Assembly: GCA_965203055.1 (NCBI GenBank)
Contig: OZ241863.1
Span: 1-64,000, forward strand
DNA: 64,000 bases
Direction: 5' to 3'
DNA from: Spirochaetia bacterium
GTDB lineage: Bacteria > Spirochaetota > Spirochaetia > SZUA-6 > Bin103
Positions within the stretch are counted from its first letter, which is position 1, and each line of letters opens with the position of its first letter. A model generated the notes under the pieces. It saw only the letters and a program-made list of their open reading frames with translations, did not search any database and was not told the DNA's origin. This document shows, piece by piece, positions 28,443 through 38,068 of the stretch. The translations under genes and the position numbers were made by a program.

Positions 28443-30692
28443 ATGCAGCGCGAGCAACTCGAACTCCGATTCAACTGGCAGCAGTGGCGTTCCGAAGCCG
28501 GCGACTTGGCAGCGCTCCCCAAGCGCGTGGCCGCGCGCCTGCTGTTCGACGTGCTGTTGATCAACCGCTTCGAGCTGGCCCTGCTGGAGCTGAAGGGCAG
28601 CGGCGCGGTGTGGGGGCCGGTGCACACCAGCGTCGGCCAGGAGGCGACCGCGGCCGCGACCGTCGCCGCGCTGCGCCCGGCGGACAAGTTCGCCGCCACC
28701 TACCGCTCGCACCACCAGTTTCTGGCCAAGGCGCTGCAGTATCGGGTGCCGCCCGAATGGGACGCCGCCGCCGAGCCGCTGCCGGAGGCGGGGCTGGAGG
28801 TGGTGCGCCGCACCATGGCGGAGATCATGGGCCTGGCGCCCGGCTACTGCGGCGGGCGCGGCGGCTCGATGCACCTGCGCTACCCGGAGGCGGGGTTCCT
28901 CGGCTCCAACGCGATCGTCGGCGGCGGGGTGCCGCTGGCCGCCGGCGCGGCCTTCGCCGAGCGCCACGCCGGCAGCGGCAACGTGGTGCTGGCCTTCGTC
29001 GGCGACGGCGCGCTGCAGCAGGGCGCGCTGCACGAGGCGCTGAACATGGCCGGGCTGTGGCGCCTGCCGCTGATCTGCTTCGTGGAGAACAACCGCTACG
29101 CCGTGGCCACCGCGGTGCGGGAGTCATCGGCGGTGACCGATCTGTCGGTGCGCGCCGCGGCCTACGCCATGGACGGCTACCTGGTGGACGGCAGCGATCC
29201 CGCGGCCATCTATCAGGTGGTGCGCCACGCGGCGGGCGAGTTGCGCGCCGGCGGCCGCCCGGCGCTGATCGAGGCCAAGTGCTACCGCCGCTTTCACCAC
29301 GCCGGGGACGTGCCCGGCAGCGCGTTTCGCTACCGCAGCCGCCAGGAGGAGGCGGAACACGCGCGCAAGGAGGTGACCCGGGTCCTCCCCGAGGCGCTGC
29401 AGCAGGCCGACCTCCTCAGCGCAGCCGAGGTGGAGCGGATCCACGGCAGCAGCGGCCAGGCGGTGGCCGCGGCAATGGAGGCCTGCGCCGTCCGGGAGGA
29501 GGGCGGGCGCTGGCGCGTGCGCGCCGAGTTGTGGCCGGAAGCGCGCAGCGCCGCGGACGGCATGCGCAGCGCGGGCGGTGAGTGGGCCGGCATCTCCTTC
29601 ACCGCCTTCCGCGGCAGCGGCGGCAGCGGCGCTACCCGCGCGCTGGTCTACTCGGATGCGATCGCCGCGGTCACCGGCCGCTGGCTGGAGCGCGACCCGC
29701 GCGCCGTGGTGTTCGGCGAGGAGGTGGCAAACCTGGGCGGCGGCGCCTACGGCGCCACCAAGGGACTGGCGGCGCGCTTTCCCGGCCGCGTCGTCAACAC
29801 GCCGATCTCCGAGGGCGGCTTTGCCGGCCTGGGGTTCGGCGCGGCGCAGCTCGGCATGCGCGTGGTGGTGGAGCTGATGTTCGCCGACTTCGCGCTGGTG
29901 GCCGCCGACCAGCTCTTCAACCAGATCAGCAAGGGGCGCCACATGTACGGCGACACCACCGAGGTGCCGCTGGTGGTGCGTACCCGCATCGGCACCGGCC
30001 TCGGCTACGGCGCGCAGCACTCGATGGATCCGGTGGGGCTGTACGGATTGTTTCCCGGCTTCCGGATCATCGCGCCGGCCACCTCGTACGACTACGTCGG
30101 GCTGTTCAACAGCGCCATGCAGTCGCTCGATCCGGTGGTGGTGCTGGAGCACCACGCGCTCTACACGCAATCCTTCCCGGCGCCGGAGACCGACCTGGAC
30201 TACTTCCTGCCGCTGGGCCGGGCGGAGCTGGCCGCGCGGGGCGACGCTCTCACCATCGTTACCTACGGCCATCTGGTGGGGCGCTGCGTGGCGTTGGCCG
30301 AGCGGCTGCGGGCGCAGGGAGCGGCGCCCGACGTCATCGACCTGAAGACCCTGGACCACGTCGATCTGGACTACGCTGCCATCGGCGCCTCGCTGGCCAG
30401 GACCGGCGCCCTGCTGATCGTGGAGGAAGCCGCGCGGAGCCACGGCATCGCGGCCGCGGTCGCGGAGCAGGTGCAGAGCCGCTTCTTCGATGAGCTGGAC
30501 GCCCCGGTCGCGGTGCTCACCTCGCTGGACATCTCGCCGCCGGTGTCGCGGGCGCTGGAACTGGCGACCCTGGTCAGCGACGAGCAGATCGTCGCCGCCG
30601 CGGCGGCGGTGGCGAACCGGACGTGGCAGCCGCCGGCCGCGAACGGCGCGGCGGAGGGCAGCGCTGTCCGGGGAGAGCGGGGATGGCAGTAG
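28443..30692 (+). CDS. TPP-dependent 2-oxoacid/acetoin dehydrogenase E1, alpha+beta fusion
   Basis: Alpha part: HTSVGQEA, GRGGSMH, GDGA...ENN TPP motif. Beta part: GEEV, NTPISE, ELMFADF, GAQHS, DVIDLKTL. Confidence 0.88.
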   Translation: MQREQLELRFNWQQWRSEAGDLAALPKRVAARLLFDVLLINRFELALLELKGSGAVWGPVHTSVGQEATAAATVAALRPADKFAATYRSHHQFLAKALQYRVPPEWDAAAEPLPEAGLEVVRRTMAEIMGLAPGYCGGRGGSMHLRYPEAGFLGSNAIVGGGVPLAAGAAFAERHAGSGNVVLAFVGDGALQQGALHEALNMAGLWRLPLICFVENNRYAVATAVRESSAVTDLSVRAAAYAMDGYLVDGSDPAAIYQVVRHAAGELRAGGRPALIEAKCYRRFHHAGDVPGSAFRYRSRQEEAEHARKEVTRVLPEALQQADLLSAAEVERIHGSSGQAVAAAMEACAVREEGGRWRVRAELWPEARSAADGMRSAGGEWAGISFTAFRGSGGSGATRALVYSDAIAAVTGRWLERDPRAVVFGEEVANLGGGAYGATKGLAARFPGRVVNTPISEGGFAGLGFGAAQLGMRVVVELMFADFALVAADQLFNQISKGRHMYGDTTEVPLVVRTRIGTGLGYGAQHSMDPVGLYGLFPGFRIIAPATSYDYVGLFNSAMQSLDPVVVLEHHALYTQSFPAPETDLDYFLPLGRAELAARGDALTIVTYGHLVGRCVALAERLRAQGAAPDVIDLKTLDHVDLDYAAIGASLARTGALLIVEEAARSHGIAAAVAEQVQSRFFDELDAPVAVLTSLDISPPVSRALELATLVSDEQIVAAAAAVANRTWQPPAANGAAEGSAVRGERGWQ

Positions 30693-32005
30693 CGGCGCCG
30701 GCGGCCGCGGCGCGGTCGGGCATCGACCGGATCCTGCAGAATGTGCCGCTGCCGGCGCTGGCGCCGGTGCGGCAACGCTTCCCGGAGTCGCCGATCGACG
30801 ATCTGCCGGCGGCGCTGGAGGCGGCGCTGGCGCGCGGCGGGCTGGCGCGGATGGTGCGCCCGGGCCAGCGGGTGGCGCTGGCGGTGGGCAGCCGCGGTCT
30901 GGCCAACCTGCCGGCCCTGGTGCGGTTGCTGGCGGCGGCGCTGCGCCGCTTGCAGGCCGAGCCGTTCGTGGTGCCGGCGATGGGCAGCCACGGCGGCGCC
31001 ACCGCCGCCGGCCAGACCGAGCTGCTGCGCAAGATGGGCGTGACCGAGGCGGCCGTCGGGGCGCCGCTGCGCTCCTCGATGGAGGTCGTGCCGCTGGGCG
31101 AGGCGGCTCCCGGCCTCACCGCCTACTGCGACCGGCTGGCGGCCGCCGCGGACGCCACCCTGATCCTGGGCCGGGTAAAGCCCCACAGCTCGTTCCGCGC
31201 CCGCTACGAGAGCGGCCTGCTCAAGATGCTGGCGATCGGACTGGGCAAGCAGAAGGGCGCCGAGAGCTGTCATACGCGCGGCTTCGGCCAGCTCGCCGAA
31301 CGCATCGCCGCGGTTGGCCGGACGGTGCTGGCGCGCGGCAACGTGGTCGGCGGCTTGGCGGTGGTGGAGAATGCGCGCCACCAGACCCACCACCTGGAAC
31401 TGGTGCCGGCGGCCGCGATCCCGGAGCGCGAGCCGGCACTGCTGAAACTGGCCTGGGAGCTCTATCCGCGCCTGCCGTTCGACGAGCTGGACGTGCTGGT
31501 GATCGGCCGCATCGGCAAGGAGATCAGCGGCACCGGCCTGGACTGCAACGTGGTGGGCCGCTACACCACGCCGTTCGCCAGCGGCGGACCCGCCATCACC
31601 CGGCTGGTGGCGCTGGACACCACGCCGTTGACCGGCGGCAACGTCAACGGCATCGGCGTGGTCGACGTCACCACGCAGCGCGTATTCGACAAGCTCAGCT
31701 TCGCCGAGACCTATCCCAACGCCCTCACTTCCACCGCCACCGCGGCGGTCAAGATCCCCATGGTGATGGCCGACGACCGGCGCGCCATCCAGGCGGCCAT
31801 CCGCACCAGCACGATTCCCGACCCGGGCGCGGTCCGGCTGGCCTGGATCCGCGACACCCTGGCGCTGGAGCGGCTGCAGGTGTCGGCCAACCTGGCCGCC
31901 GAGGTGGCCGCCCGCCCCGGCGTCGAAGTGACCGGCCGCGCGCAGCCGCTGCGCTTCTCCGCCGCCGGCCGCCTGACGCTGCCGGAGGGAGCGGTTGCCG
32001 GGTAG
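30683..32005 (+). CDS. LarA-homologue (DUF2088/DUF362-type) candidate 2-hydroxyacid racemase/epimerase
   Basis: VGSRG, VPAMGSHGGAT..GQ, RVKPH..F...ESGLLKMLAIGLGK, IGKEISGTGLD.NVVGR. Confidence 0.7.
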   Translation: MAVAAPAAAARSGIDRILQNVPLPALAPVRQRFPESPIDDLPAALEAALARGGLARMVRPGQRVALAVGSRGLANLPALVRLLAAALRRLQAEPFVVPAMGSHGGATAAGQTELLRKMGVTEAAVGAPLRSSMEVVPLGEAAPGLTAYCDRLAAAADATLILGRVKPHSSFRARYESGLLKMLAIGLGKQKGAESCHTRGFGQLAERIAAVGRTVLARGNVVGGLAVVENARHQTHHLELVPAAAIPEREPALLKLAWELYPRLPFDELDVLVIGRIGKEISGTGLDCNVVGRYTTPFASGGPAITRLVALDTTPLTGGNVNGIGVVDVTTQRVFDKLSFAETYPNALTSTATAAVKIPMVMADDRRAIQAAIRTSTIPDPGAVRLAWIRDTLALERLQVSANLAAEVAARPGVEVTGRAQPLRFSAAGRLTLPEGAVAG

Positions 32006-32035
32006 TATGCGGGCGGAAAGAAGGAGGCAACGGTA

Positions 32036-32989
32036 GTGCGCATCGTTCTGGGAACCATGACCTTTGGCCGGCGGATGGACTTGGCGGCCGCCGCCCGCGC
32101 GGTGGAGACGTTCGCCGCCGCCGGGAACGGCGCCGGCGAACTGGACACCGCGTTCATGTACGGCGGCGGCGAAACCGAGCGGATGCTGGGCGCGATCCTG
32201 GCGCAGCGGGGCCGGGAGGGCATTACGCTGGCCACCAAGGCGCATCCCGGCGCCGCCGCGGGGAGCCCCTCATTGCGCCCGGCGGAGGTGGAGCGGCAGC
32301 TCAGCGGCTCGCTGCAGCGGCTCGGGTGCGACGCGGTGGACCTGTTCTACCTGCACAGCCCCGACAACGACACGCCGCTGGAGCTGACCCTGGAGGCCTG
32401 CGCCCGCCTGCACGCCGCCGGCAAGTTCCGCCGCCTGGGGCTGAGCAACTACGCCGCCTGGCAGGTGGCCGACGCCCATCACCTGTGCCGGACCCGCGGC
32501 TGGCCGCTGCCGGAAGTGTACCAGGGCATGTACAACGCCGTGACCCGCGGCGTCGAGGCGGAGCTGCTGCCCTGCCTGCGCCACCTGGGCATCAGCTTCT
32601 ACGCCTACAATCCGCTGGCGGGCGGCCTGCTGAGCGGGCGCTACGTCGGCGCCGCGGCGGTGCCCGGCAGCGGGCGGTTCCGCGAGCAGGCCAACTACGT
32701 GCCGCGCTACTGGAAGCGCTCCTACCTGATCGCCATGGAGGGCGTGCAGGCGGCGTGCGCCGCCGCCGGAGTCAGCATGACCGCGGCGGCGCTCGGCTGG
32801 CTGCGCCACCACGGCGGCCTGGACGCCGCCTGCGGCGACGCCGTCATCCTCGGCGCCAGCACGCTGCAACAGCTCGACGAGAACCTCGAGGCCTGCCGCG
32901 GCGGCCCATTGGACGCCGCCGCCGCGGCAGCGCTCGATGCCGCCTGGGAGACCTGCCGGCCCGACTGCCCTTCCTACTTCCGCACCTGA
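32036..32989 (+). CDS. Aldo/keto reductase, AKR7 (aflatoxin aldehyde/succinic semialdehyde reductase)-like
   Basis: LGTM, DTAFMY, LATK, DLFYLH, GLSNY, VYQGMYN, AYNPLAGGLL, GDAVILG, C-terminal CPSYFR. Confidence 0.88.
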   Translation: MRIVLGTMTFGRRMDLAAAARAVETFAAAGNGAGELDTAFMYGGGETERMLGAILAQRGREGITLATKAHPGAAAGSPSLRPAEVERQLSGSLQRLGCDAVDLFYLHSPDNDTPLELTLEACARLHAAGKFRRLGLSNYAAWQVADAHHLCRTRGWPLPEVYQGMYNAVTRGVEAELLPCLRHLGISFYAYNPLAGGLLSGRYVGAAAVPGSGRFREQANYVPRYWKRSYLIAMEGVQAACAAAGVSMTAAALGWLRHHGGLDAACGDAVILGASTLQQLDENLEACRGGPLDAAAAAALDAAWETCRPDCPSYFRT

Positions 32990-33017
32990 ACGGTGAGCTG
33001 ACCGGCTTTCGGCGCCG

Positions 33018-33791
33018 CTATTCGAACACGATGCGGTAGTCGAGCGCCCGGTCGAGCACCAGAATGCGCAGCAACGGGATGCGCAGCAGCACGCTGCCAT
33101 CCTCCTGCAGCTCGCCGCCGCGCTGCTCCACGACGCGCCCTTCGACCCGGACCCGCACCGTCACCTCCGAGTCGAGGATCGCCGGCGGCCCTTCGTCGCC
33201 GAGCACGAACTGCATCATCTCCAGGTATTCCTCGTCGGTCACGTCCAGGTCGGGTTGCGGGCCGAGACTGATCACCAGCGGATGCTCCAGCACCGGAAAC
33301 AGGGTCGTGAGCTGGTGATAGTTGTCGCTGTCCAGGTGCACGCTGAGCGTGCGGCGCGAGCCGCCGGTGAGGCTGATCAGCGGCGTCATGGCGTCGGGGC
33401 CGGACGCCGCGGGTGAGAACGCCGCCTGCAGGTCGTCGAAGGTCAAGCGCATTTCGAGCAGCTCCGGGGCGGACGAAACGATCCGCGCCGCCTCCACTCC
33501 GGGCCACTCGGCGATGGCCGCCTCCACCTCGGCGACGTCGAACAGCGGCGCGGAGGGATCGTCGGGCAGATCGACCTCTTCCGCGACCTCGGCCAAGGCA
33601 AGCAGGTAGTCGATGAACACCGGCTGCAGCTCGACGCGCACCTCGGCTTCGCCGGCGCCGTTCACCCGCACCGCGATCTCCTGGTCCACGCTGCATCCGG
33701 CCAGCAGCAGGCCGGCGCATAGCAGCGCGGCGGCGAGGATGCCGGCGCGGCCGCTGCAGCCGGCGCCGGTTCGGGTTGGCGCTGCCGTCAT
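33018..33791 (-). CDS. Hypothetical lipoprotein
   Basis: Hydrophobic stretch and lipobox LLAGC; acidic mature domain; start overlaps the upstream stop. Confidence 0.7.
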   Translation of the reverse strand: MTAAPTRTGAGCSGRAGILAAALLCAGLLLAGCSVDQEIAVRVNGAGEAEVRVELQPVFIDYLLALAEVAEEVDLPDDPSAPLFDVAEVEAAIAEWPGVEAARIVSSAPELLEMRLTFDDLQAAFSPAASGPDAMTPLISLTGGSRRTLSVHLDSDNYHQLTTLFPVLEHPLVISLGPQPDLDVTDEEYLEMMQFVLGDEGPPAILDSEVTVRVRVEGRVVEQRGGELQEDGSVLLRIPLLRILVLDRALDYRIVFE

Positions 33792-35155
33792 GCGGCCGCC
33801 AGTTCCTGCAGGATCAGGCAGTATGCCTCCTGCGCGCGGCGAAAGCTGGCCAGCCGGAAGAATTCATCCGGCCCGTGGGCGCCCTCATCGTCGAGCCCGA
33901 AGGAGAAGCCGATGGTGTGGACCCCCAACTTCTCCAGCAGCAGCCCGCACACCGGAATGCTGCCGCCGGTGCCGGTATGCAGCGGCGGCACCCCGTAGAG
34001 CCGCTCCAGTACCGCCGCCGCGGCGCGGTTGCCGGGATGGTCGGCCGGCACCACGTAGGGAGCTCCGTGCACGGCGCTGGGCCGGCAGGTCACGCGCACG
34101 CCGGCCGGCGCGCGGCGCTGAAGATGCGCGCCGACCAGCTCCAGAATCCGTTCCGGCCGCTGGTCGGCGACCAGCCGGCAGGTGATCTTGGCGTGCGCCG
34201 CGGCCGGCAGCACGGTCTTGGTGCCGGCGCCCTGGAAGCCGCCCCACATGCCGTTCACCTCCAGCGTCGGGCGGATCCACTCCCGTTCGTAGGTGGACCA
34301 GCCGCGCTCCCCGTACAGGGCGGGGGCGCCGGTGATGTCCAGGTAGGCGGCTTCGTCGAACGGCACCTTGGCGTACTGCCGGCGCTGCTGGGGCGTCGGC
34401 TCGGCCACCGCGTCGTAGAACCCGGCCACCGCCACCCGCCCGGCGCCGTCGTGCAGCCCGGCGATCAGCTCCGCCAGGGCGTGCAGCGGGTTCCGCAGCG
34501 TGCCGCCGTACATGCCGGAGTGCAGATCGTTGCCCGGTCCGCTGACGTCCACCTGCAAGGCGCAGATGCCGCGCAGCGACAGCAGCAGCGTCGGCTCCCG
34601 TTCGCTCCACTGGGTGCCGTCCGCCGACAACGCCAGGTCGCACGCCAGCAGGTCGCGGTTGGCGCTTACGAAGTCGCCCAACTGCGGGCTGCCGATCTCC
34701 TCCTGACCTTCCAGCAGGAACTTGACGTTGACCGGCAGCGCGCCGGCGCTGCGCAGCAGCGCCTCGGCGGCGACGATCGGCGCGAACATGTTGCCCTTGT
34801 CGTCGGAGGCGCCGCGCGCGTAGATGCGGTCCGCGGTCAGCCGCGGCTCGAACGGCGGACTGCTCCACCCATCCTCGGCCACCGCGGGTTGCACGTCGAA
34901 GTGACCATAGATCAACACGGTAGGAGCGCCCGGCGCGTGCAGCCAGTCGCCGTACACCAGCGGGTGGCCGCCGGTCGGCAGGGTGCGGACGTGTTCGATG
35001 CCGGCCGCCTGCAGGCGCGCGTGCACCCAGGCGGCGGCCGCGGCGACGTCGCCGCCGTGCGCGGGCAGGGCGCTGACGCTGGGAATGCGAATGAAGGAGA
35101 GCAGTTCGTCGACCACCCTGCCTTGCTGCTCGTGAAGATATTCTTTCCAGTTCAT
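33788..35155 (-). CDS. M20 family dipeptidase
   Basis: RIPSVS, YGHFDVQP, ARGASDDKG, EGQEEIGS, DLHSG, GGSIP, AHGPDE. Confidence 0.92.
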   Translation of the reverse strand: MNWKEYLHEQQGRVVDELLSFIRIPSVSALPAHGGDVAAAAAWVHARLQAAGIEHVRTLPTGGHPLVYGDWLHAPGAPTVLIYGHFDVQPAVAEDGWSSPPFEPRLTADRIYARGASDDKGNMFAPIVAAEALLRSAGALPVNVKFLLEGQEEIGSPQLGDFVSANRDLLACDLALSADGTQWSEREPTLLLSLRGICALQVDVSGPGNDLHSGMYGGTLRNPLHALAELIAGLHDGAGRVAVAGFYDAVAEPTPQQRRQYAKVPFDEAAYLDITGAPALYGERGWSTYEREWIRPTLEVNGMWGGFQGAGTKTVLPAAAHAKITCRLVADQRPERILELVGAHLQRRAPAGVRVTCRPSAVHGAPYVVPADHPGNRAAAAVLERLYGVPPLHTGTGGSIPVCGLLLEKLGVHTIGFSFGLDDEGAHGPDEFFRLASFRRAQEAYCLILQELAAA

Positions 35156-35349
35156 TGAAACCGTTGCGTGCCGCTTACGATACACTAGGCGCGCGCACCA
35201 CTCAATCGGCGCGACCGGCGGCCACCGGCGGCCGGCAGCGGCCCCGGCAGGCAGGCAGGGTCCGGCAGGGAACTGCCGCCGCCGGCCCGCCCGCCGATTG
35301 CCCGCCCCGCCGCGGCGCGGCAGGTGGCGCATTCGAGGAGCAAACGACC

Positions 35350-37173
35350 ATGCAGTTGCAGGAAACGTGGGACCTGGAAGTGATCTTTGCCGGCGGGTCG
35401 GGTTCGCCCGAGCTGGCCGAGTTTCTGCGCCGGCTGGGGCAGGGCATCGAGACCCTGGCCGGGCAGGTGGCCGCTCTCGGCGAGGAGCCGGGGGAGTGGT
35501 CGGCGGCGATCGCCGCCTGGCAGCAGCGCGCCGCGGAGCTGGCGCAGGCCTACAGCTTCGTGGAGTGCCTGGTCGCGGAAGATACCGCGGACGCGGCGGC
35601 CACCCAGCTCGGCGGGCGGCTGGACACCATGGACGCGCGCCTCAAGACCATCGAGGTGGAGATCGACAAGCAGATGCTGCGGCTGCCGGAAGCCGCCTGG
35701 CAGCGCGTGGCGGAGCAGCCGGGACCGGCCGCGGTCGCCTTCTTCCTGCAGCGGCAGCGCATCCTGGCGCGGCGTAAGATGGAACCGGAGCGCGAGGCGC
35801 TGGCCGAAACGCTGGCCGCCAACGGCTACCACGCGTGGGGCCGGCTGTACGACAAGCTGGCCGGCTCGCTGCGGGCCGAGGTAAGCGACCGCGGCGAGCG
35901 CCGCGGCCTCTCCATGGGGCAACTGGCGCACCGGTTGGAAGACCCGGACCGGGCGGTGCGCCAGGCGGCGTTCGCGGGTGTGGAGGGGGCGTGGCGCGGC
36001 GTGCAGGATCTGGCGGCGATGGCGCTCAACAGCCAGGCCGGGTTCCGCCTCAGCCTCTACGCAGGGCGCGGCTGGGACTCGATTCTGTGGGAGCCGCTGC
36101 ATCTCAACCGCCTGCGGCGCGAGACCCTGGACGCGATGTGGGCGGCCGTCGCCGCCCGCAGCGCCGGCCTGCTGCCCTACCTGCAGGCCAAGGCGCGGCT
36201 GCTGCAGGCGGATGGGATGGGCTGGGCGGACCTGGCGGCGCCGGTCGCGCGCCGCGAACGGCCGTTCTCCTACGGCGCCGCCGCCGACTACGTCGTGGAG
36301 CGGTTCGCGGCGTTTGGCGGCGGCCTCGGGGAGTTCGCCCGGCACGCCTTTGCCGAGCGCTGGATCGAGGCGGAGGACCGGCCCGGCAAGGCCGCCGGCG
36401 GATTCTGCACCGACCTGCCGCTGAGCCGGCAGACGCGCATCTTCATGACCTTCGGGCGCACCTTCGGCGGCGTGACGACGCTGGCCCACGAGTTGGGTCA
36501 CGCCTACCACGCCTGGCTGCTGCGCGACCGGCCCTACTTCGCGACCGGCTATCCGATGGCGCTGGCCGAGACCGCCAGTACCTTCTGCGAGACGCTGATC
36601 ATGGACGCCGCGCTGGACGCCGCCGGCGGCGAGGAGGAGTTGGCGCTGCTCGGCGGCATCGGCGACGAAGCGGTGGCGATGCTGATGAACCTGCGCGCGC
36701 GGTTCCTGTTCGAGACCGCGTTCTTCGAGCGCCGCGCGCAGGGACCGCTGACCGCGGACGAACTGAGCGAGCTGATGGTGACGGCGCAGCGCGAGGCGTA
36801 CTGCGGCGGGCTGGCGGATGATGGCTACCACCCGCTGTTCTGGGCCTCCAAGCTGCACTTCTACATCACCGGCATGCCGTTCTACAACTTCCCCTACGTG
36901 TTCGGGTACCTGTTCAGCAACGGCCTGTCGGCGCGGGCGCGCAGCGAGGGCCCCGGCTTCGCCGCCGCCTACGCGCGCCTGCTGCAAGACACCGGCACGA
37001 TGACCTGCGAGGAGCTGGCGCAGCGCCACCTGGGCGAGGATCTGACCCGTCCCTCCTTCTGGGAGGCGGCCGTTGACCGCGTGCTGGAGGTAGTGCCGCG
37101 CTTCACCCGCGCCGCCGGGAAGGCGGCGGTCAAACAGGCGGTCAAACAGGCGGTCAAACAGGCGGTCAAATAA
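35350..37173 (+). CDS. pepF: M3B oligoendopeptidase F family
   Basis: TWDLEVIF, RPGKAAGGFC, TLAHELGHAYH (HExxH), AETAS.F.E, FYNFPYVFG. Start ATG 35350 after GAGGAG. Confidence 0.9.
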   Translation: MQLQETWDLEVIFAGGSGSPELAEFLRRLGQGIETLAGQVAALGEEPGEWSAAIAAWQQRAAELAQAYSFVECLVAEDTADAAATQLGGRLDTMDARLKTIEVEIDKQMLRLPEAAWQRVAEQPGPAAVAFFLQRQRILARRKMEPEREALAETLAANGYHAWGRLYDKLAGSLRAEVSDRGERRGLSMGQLAHRLEDPDRAVRQAAFAGVEGAWRGVQDLAAMALNSQAGFRLSLYAGRGWDSILWEPLHLNRLRRETLDAMWAAVAARSAGLLPYLQAKARLLQADGMGWADLAAPVARRERPFSYGAAADYVVERFAAFGGGLGEFARHAFAERWIEAEDRPGKAAGGFCTDLPLSRQTRIFMTFGRTFGGVTTLAHELGHAYHAWLLRDRPYFATGYPMALAETASTFCETLIMDAALDAAGGEEELALLGGIGDEAVAMLMNLRARFLFETAFFERRAQGPLTADELSELMVTAQREAYCGGLADDGYHPLFWASKLHFYITGMPFYNFPYVFGYLFSNGLSARARSEGPGFAAAYARLLQDTGTMTCEELAQRHLGEDLTRPSFWEAAVDRVLEVVPRFTRAAGKAAVKQAVKQAVKQAVK

Positions 37174-37250
37174 GCCGCCAAGGAATTGACCCAATAGTAC
37201 ACAACTGTATACTCTGTCATAGCTTGACGCGCCAAATAGGCGGTCAAGTA
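37125..37250. repeat. 12-bp tandem repeat GGCGGTCAAA(C/T)A x4 plus dispersed and inverted copies
   Basis: Copies start at 37125, 37137, 37149 and 37161; a variant lies at 37239 and an inverted variant CTTGACGCGCC at 37223-37233. Confidence 0.9.
37186..37213 (+). promoter_or_regulatory. Sigma70-type promoter for the C1 peptidase gene
   Basis: TTGACC (37186-37191), 16 nt, TATACT (37208-37213) in an AT-rich patch. Confidence 0.6.
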
Positions 37251-37282
37251 ACGTGGCGAATAAAGGTAGTAGGGTAGCGGCG

Positions 37283-38068
37283 ATGGCAAGGCGCGGCCCG
37301 CGGGTCAGCCAGTTCATACTCAACTGCGATCCCTCCGCCGGCGCGCATGCGGACTGGACGTTCGAGGACGCCGTGGAAGCCGGCGTCGTTGCCGACGCCG
37401 AGCCGCGCCCGGCCGCGGACCTGCGCCGCGCCGACTGGCCGATCAGAAACCAGGGCGCGACCGGCGCCTGCGTGGGCTTCGCCGCCGCCGGCGTGCTCCA
37501 CTGGCACTACCGGCGGGCCGGCCTGCTGGACGGCGGCGAGCAGCCCTCCCCCCGCTTCATCTGGATGGCCAACAAAGAGACCGACCTGCTCACCTCCTAT
37601 CCCACCACCTTCATCGAGTCGGCCGGCACCCAGACCCGGTTCGCGCTGCGGGTCGCCCGCCGCTACGGCTGCGTGCTCGAATCCACGCTTCCCATGAGCG
37701 GGAAGCTGAGCACCCTGAGCGTGGCGGCGTTCTACGCGCAGGCCGCCAGGTACCGCATCGGCAGCTACCACAACCTCGGCCGCGACCTGCGGCGCTGGCG
37801 GCAGTGGATTTCCAATCAGGGGCCGCTGCTGGTGCGGGTGGCGGTGGATCGGACCTGGGATCGGGCCACGGCGACCGCCGGCGACCTGGACGCGCATCTT
37901 GCCGACACGGTGCGCGGCGGCCACGCCGCCTGCCTGGTGGGTTACACGGCCAACCGCTTCATCGTCCGCAACAGTTGGGGCACGACCTGGGGCGACGGGG
38001 GCTTCGCCTACGCCGCCGACGACTACGCGGCCGCCGCCTTCACCGAAGCCTACGGCGCCGTACTCTGA
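37283..38068 (+). CDS. Papain-like C1 cysteine peptidase
   Basis: DLR..WPIRNQGATGACVGFA (catalytic Cys), GGHAACLVGY (His), IVRNSWGTTWGDGGF (Asn). No signal peptide; start uncertain (37253 or 37283). Confidence 0.88.
   Translation: MARRGPRVSQFILNCDPSAGAHADWTFEDAVEAGVVADAEPRPAADLRRADWPIRNQGATGACVGFAAAGVLHWHYRRAGLLDGGEQPSPRFIWMANKETDLLTSYPTTFIESAGTQTRFALRVARRYGCVLESTLPMSGKLSTLSVAAFYAQAARYRIGSYHNLGRDLRRWRQWISNQGPLLVRVAVDRTWDRATATAGDLDAHLADTVRGGHAACLVGYTANRFIVRNSWGTTWGDGGFAYAADDYAAAAFTEAYGAVL

Noticed and set aside
37125..37172. 12-bp repeats as a CRISPR array
   Set aside because: The units are contiguous with no spacers, too short, and there are no cas genes.
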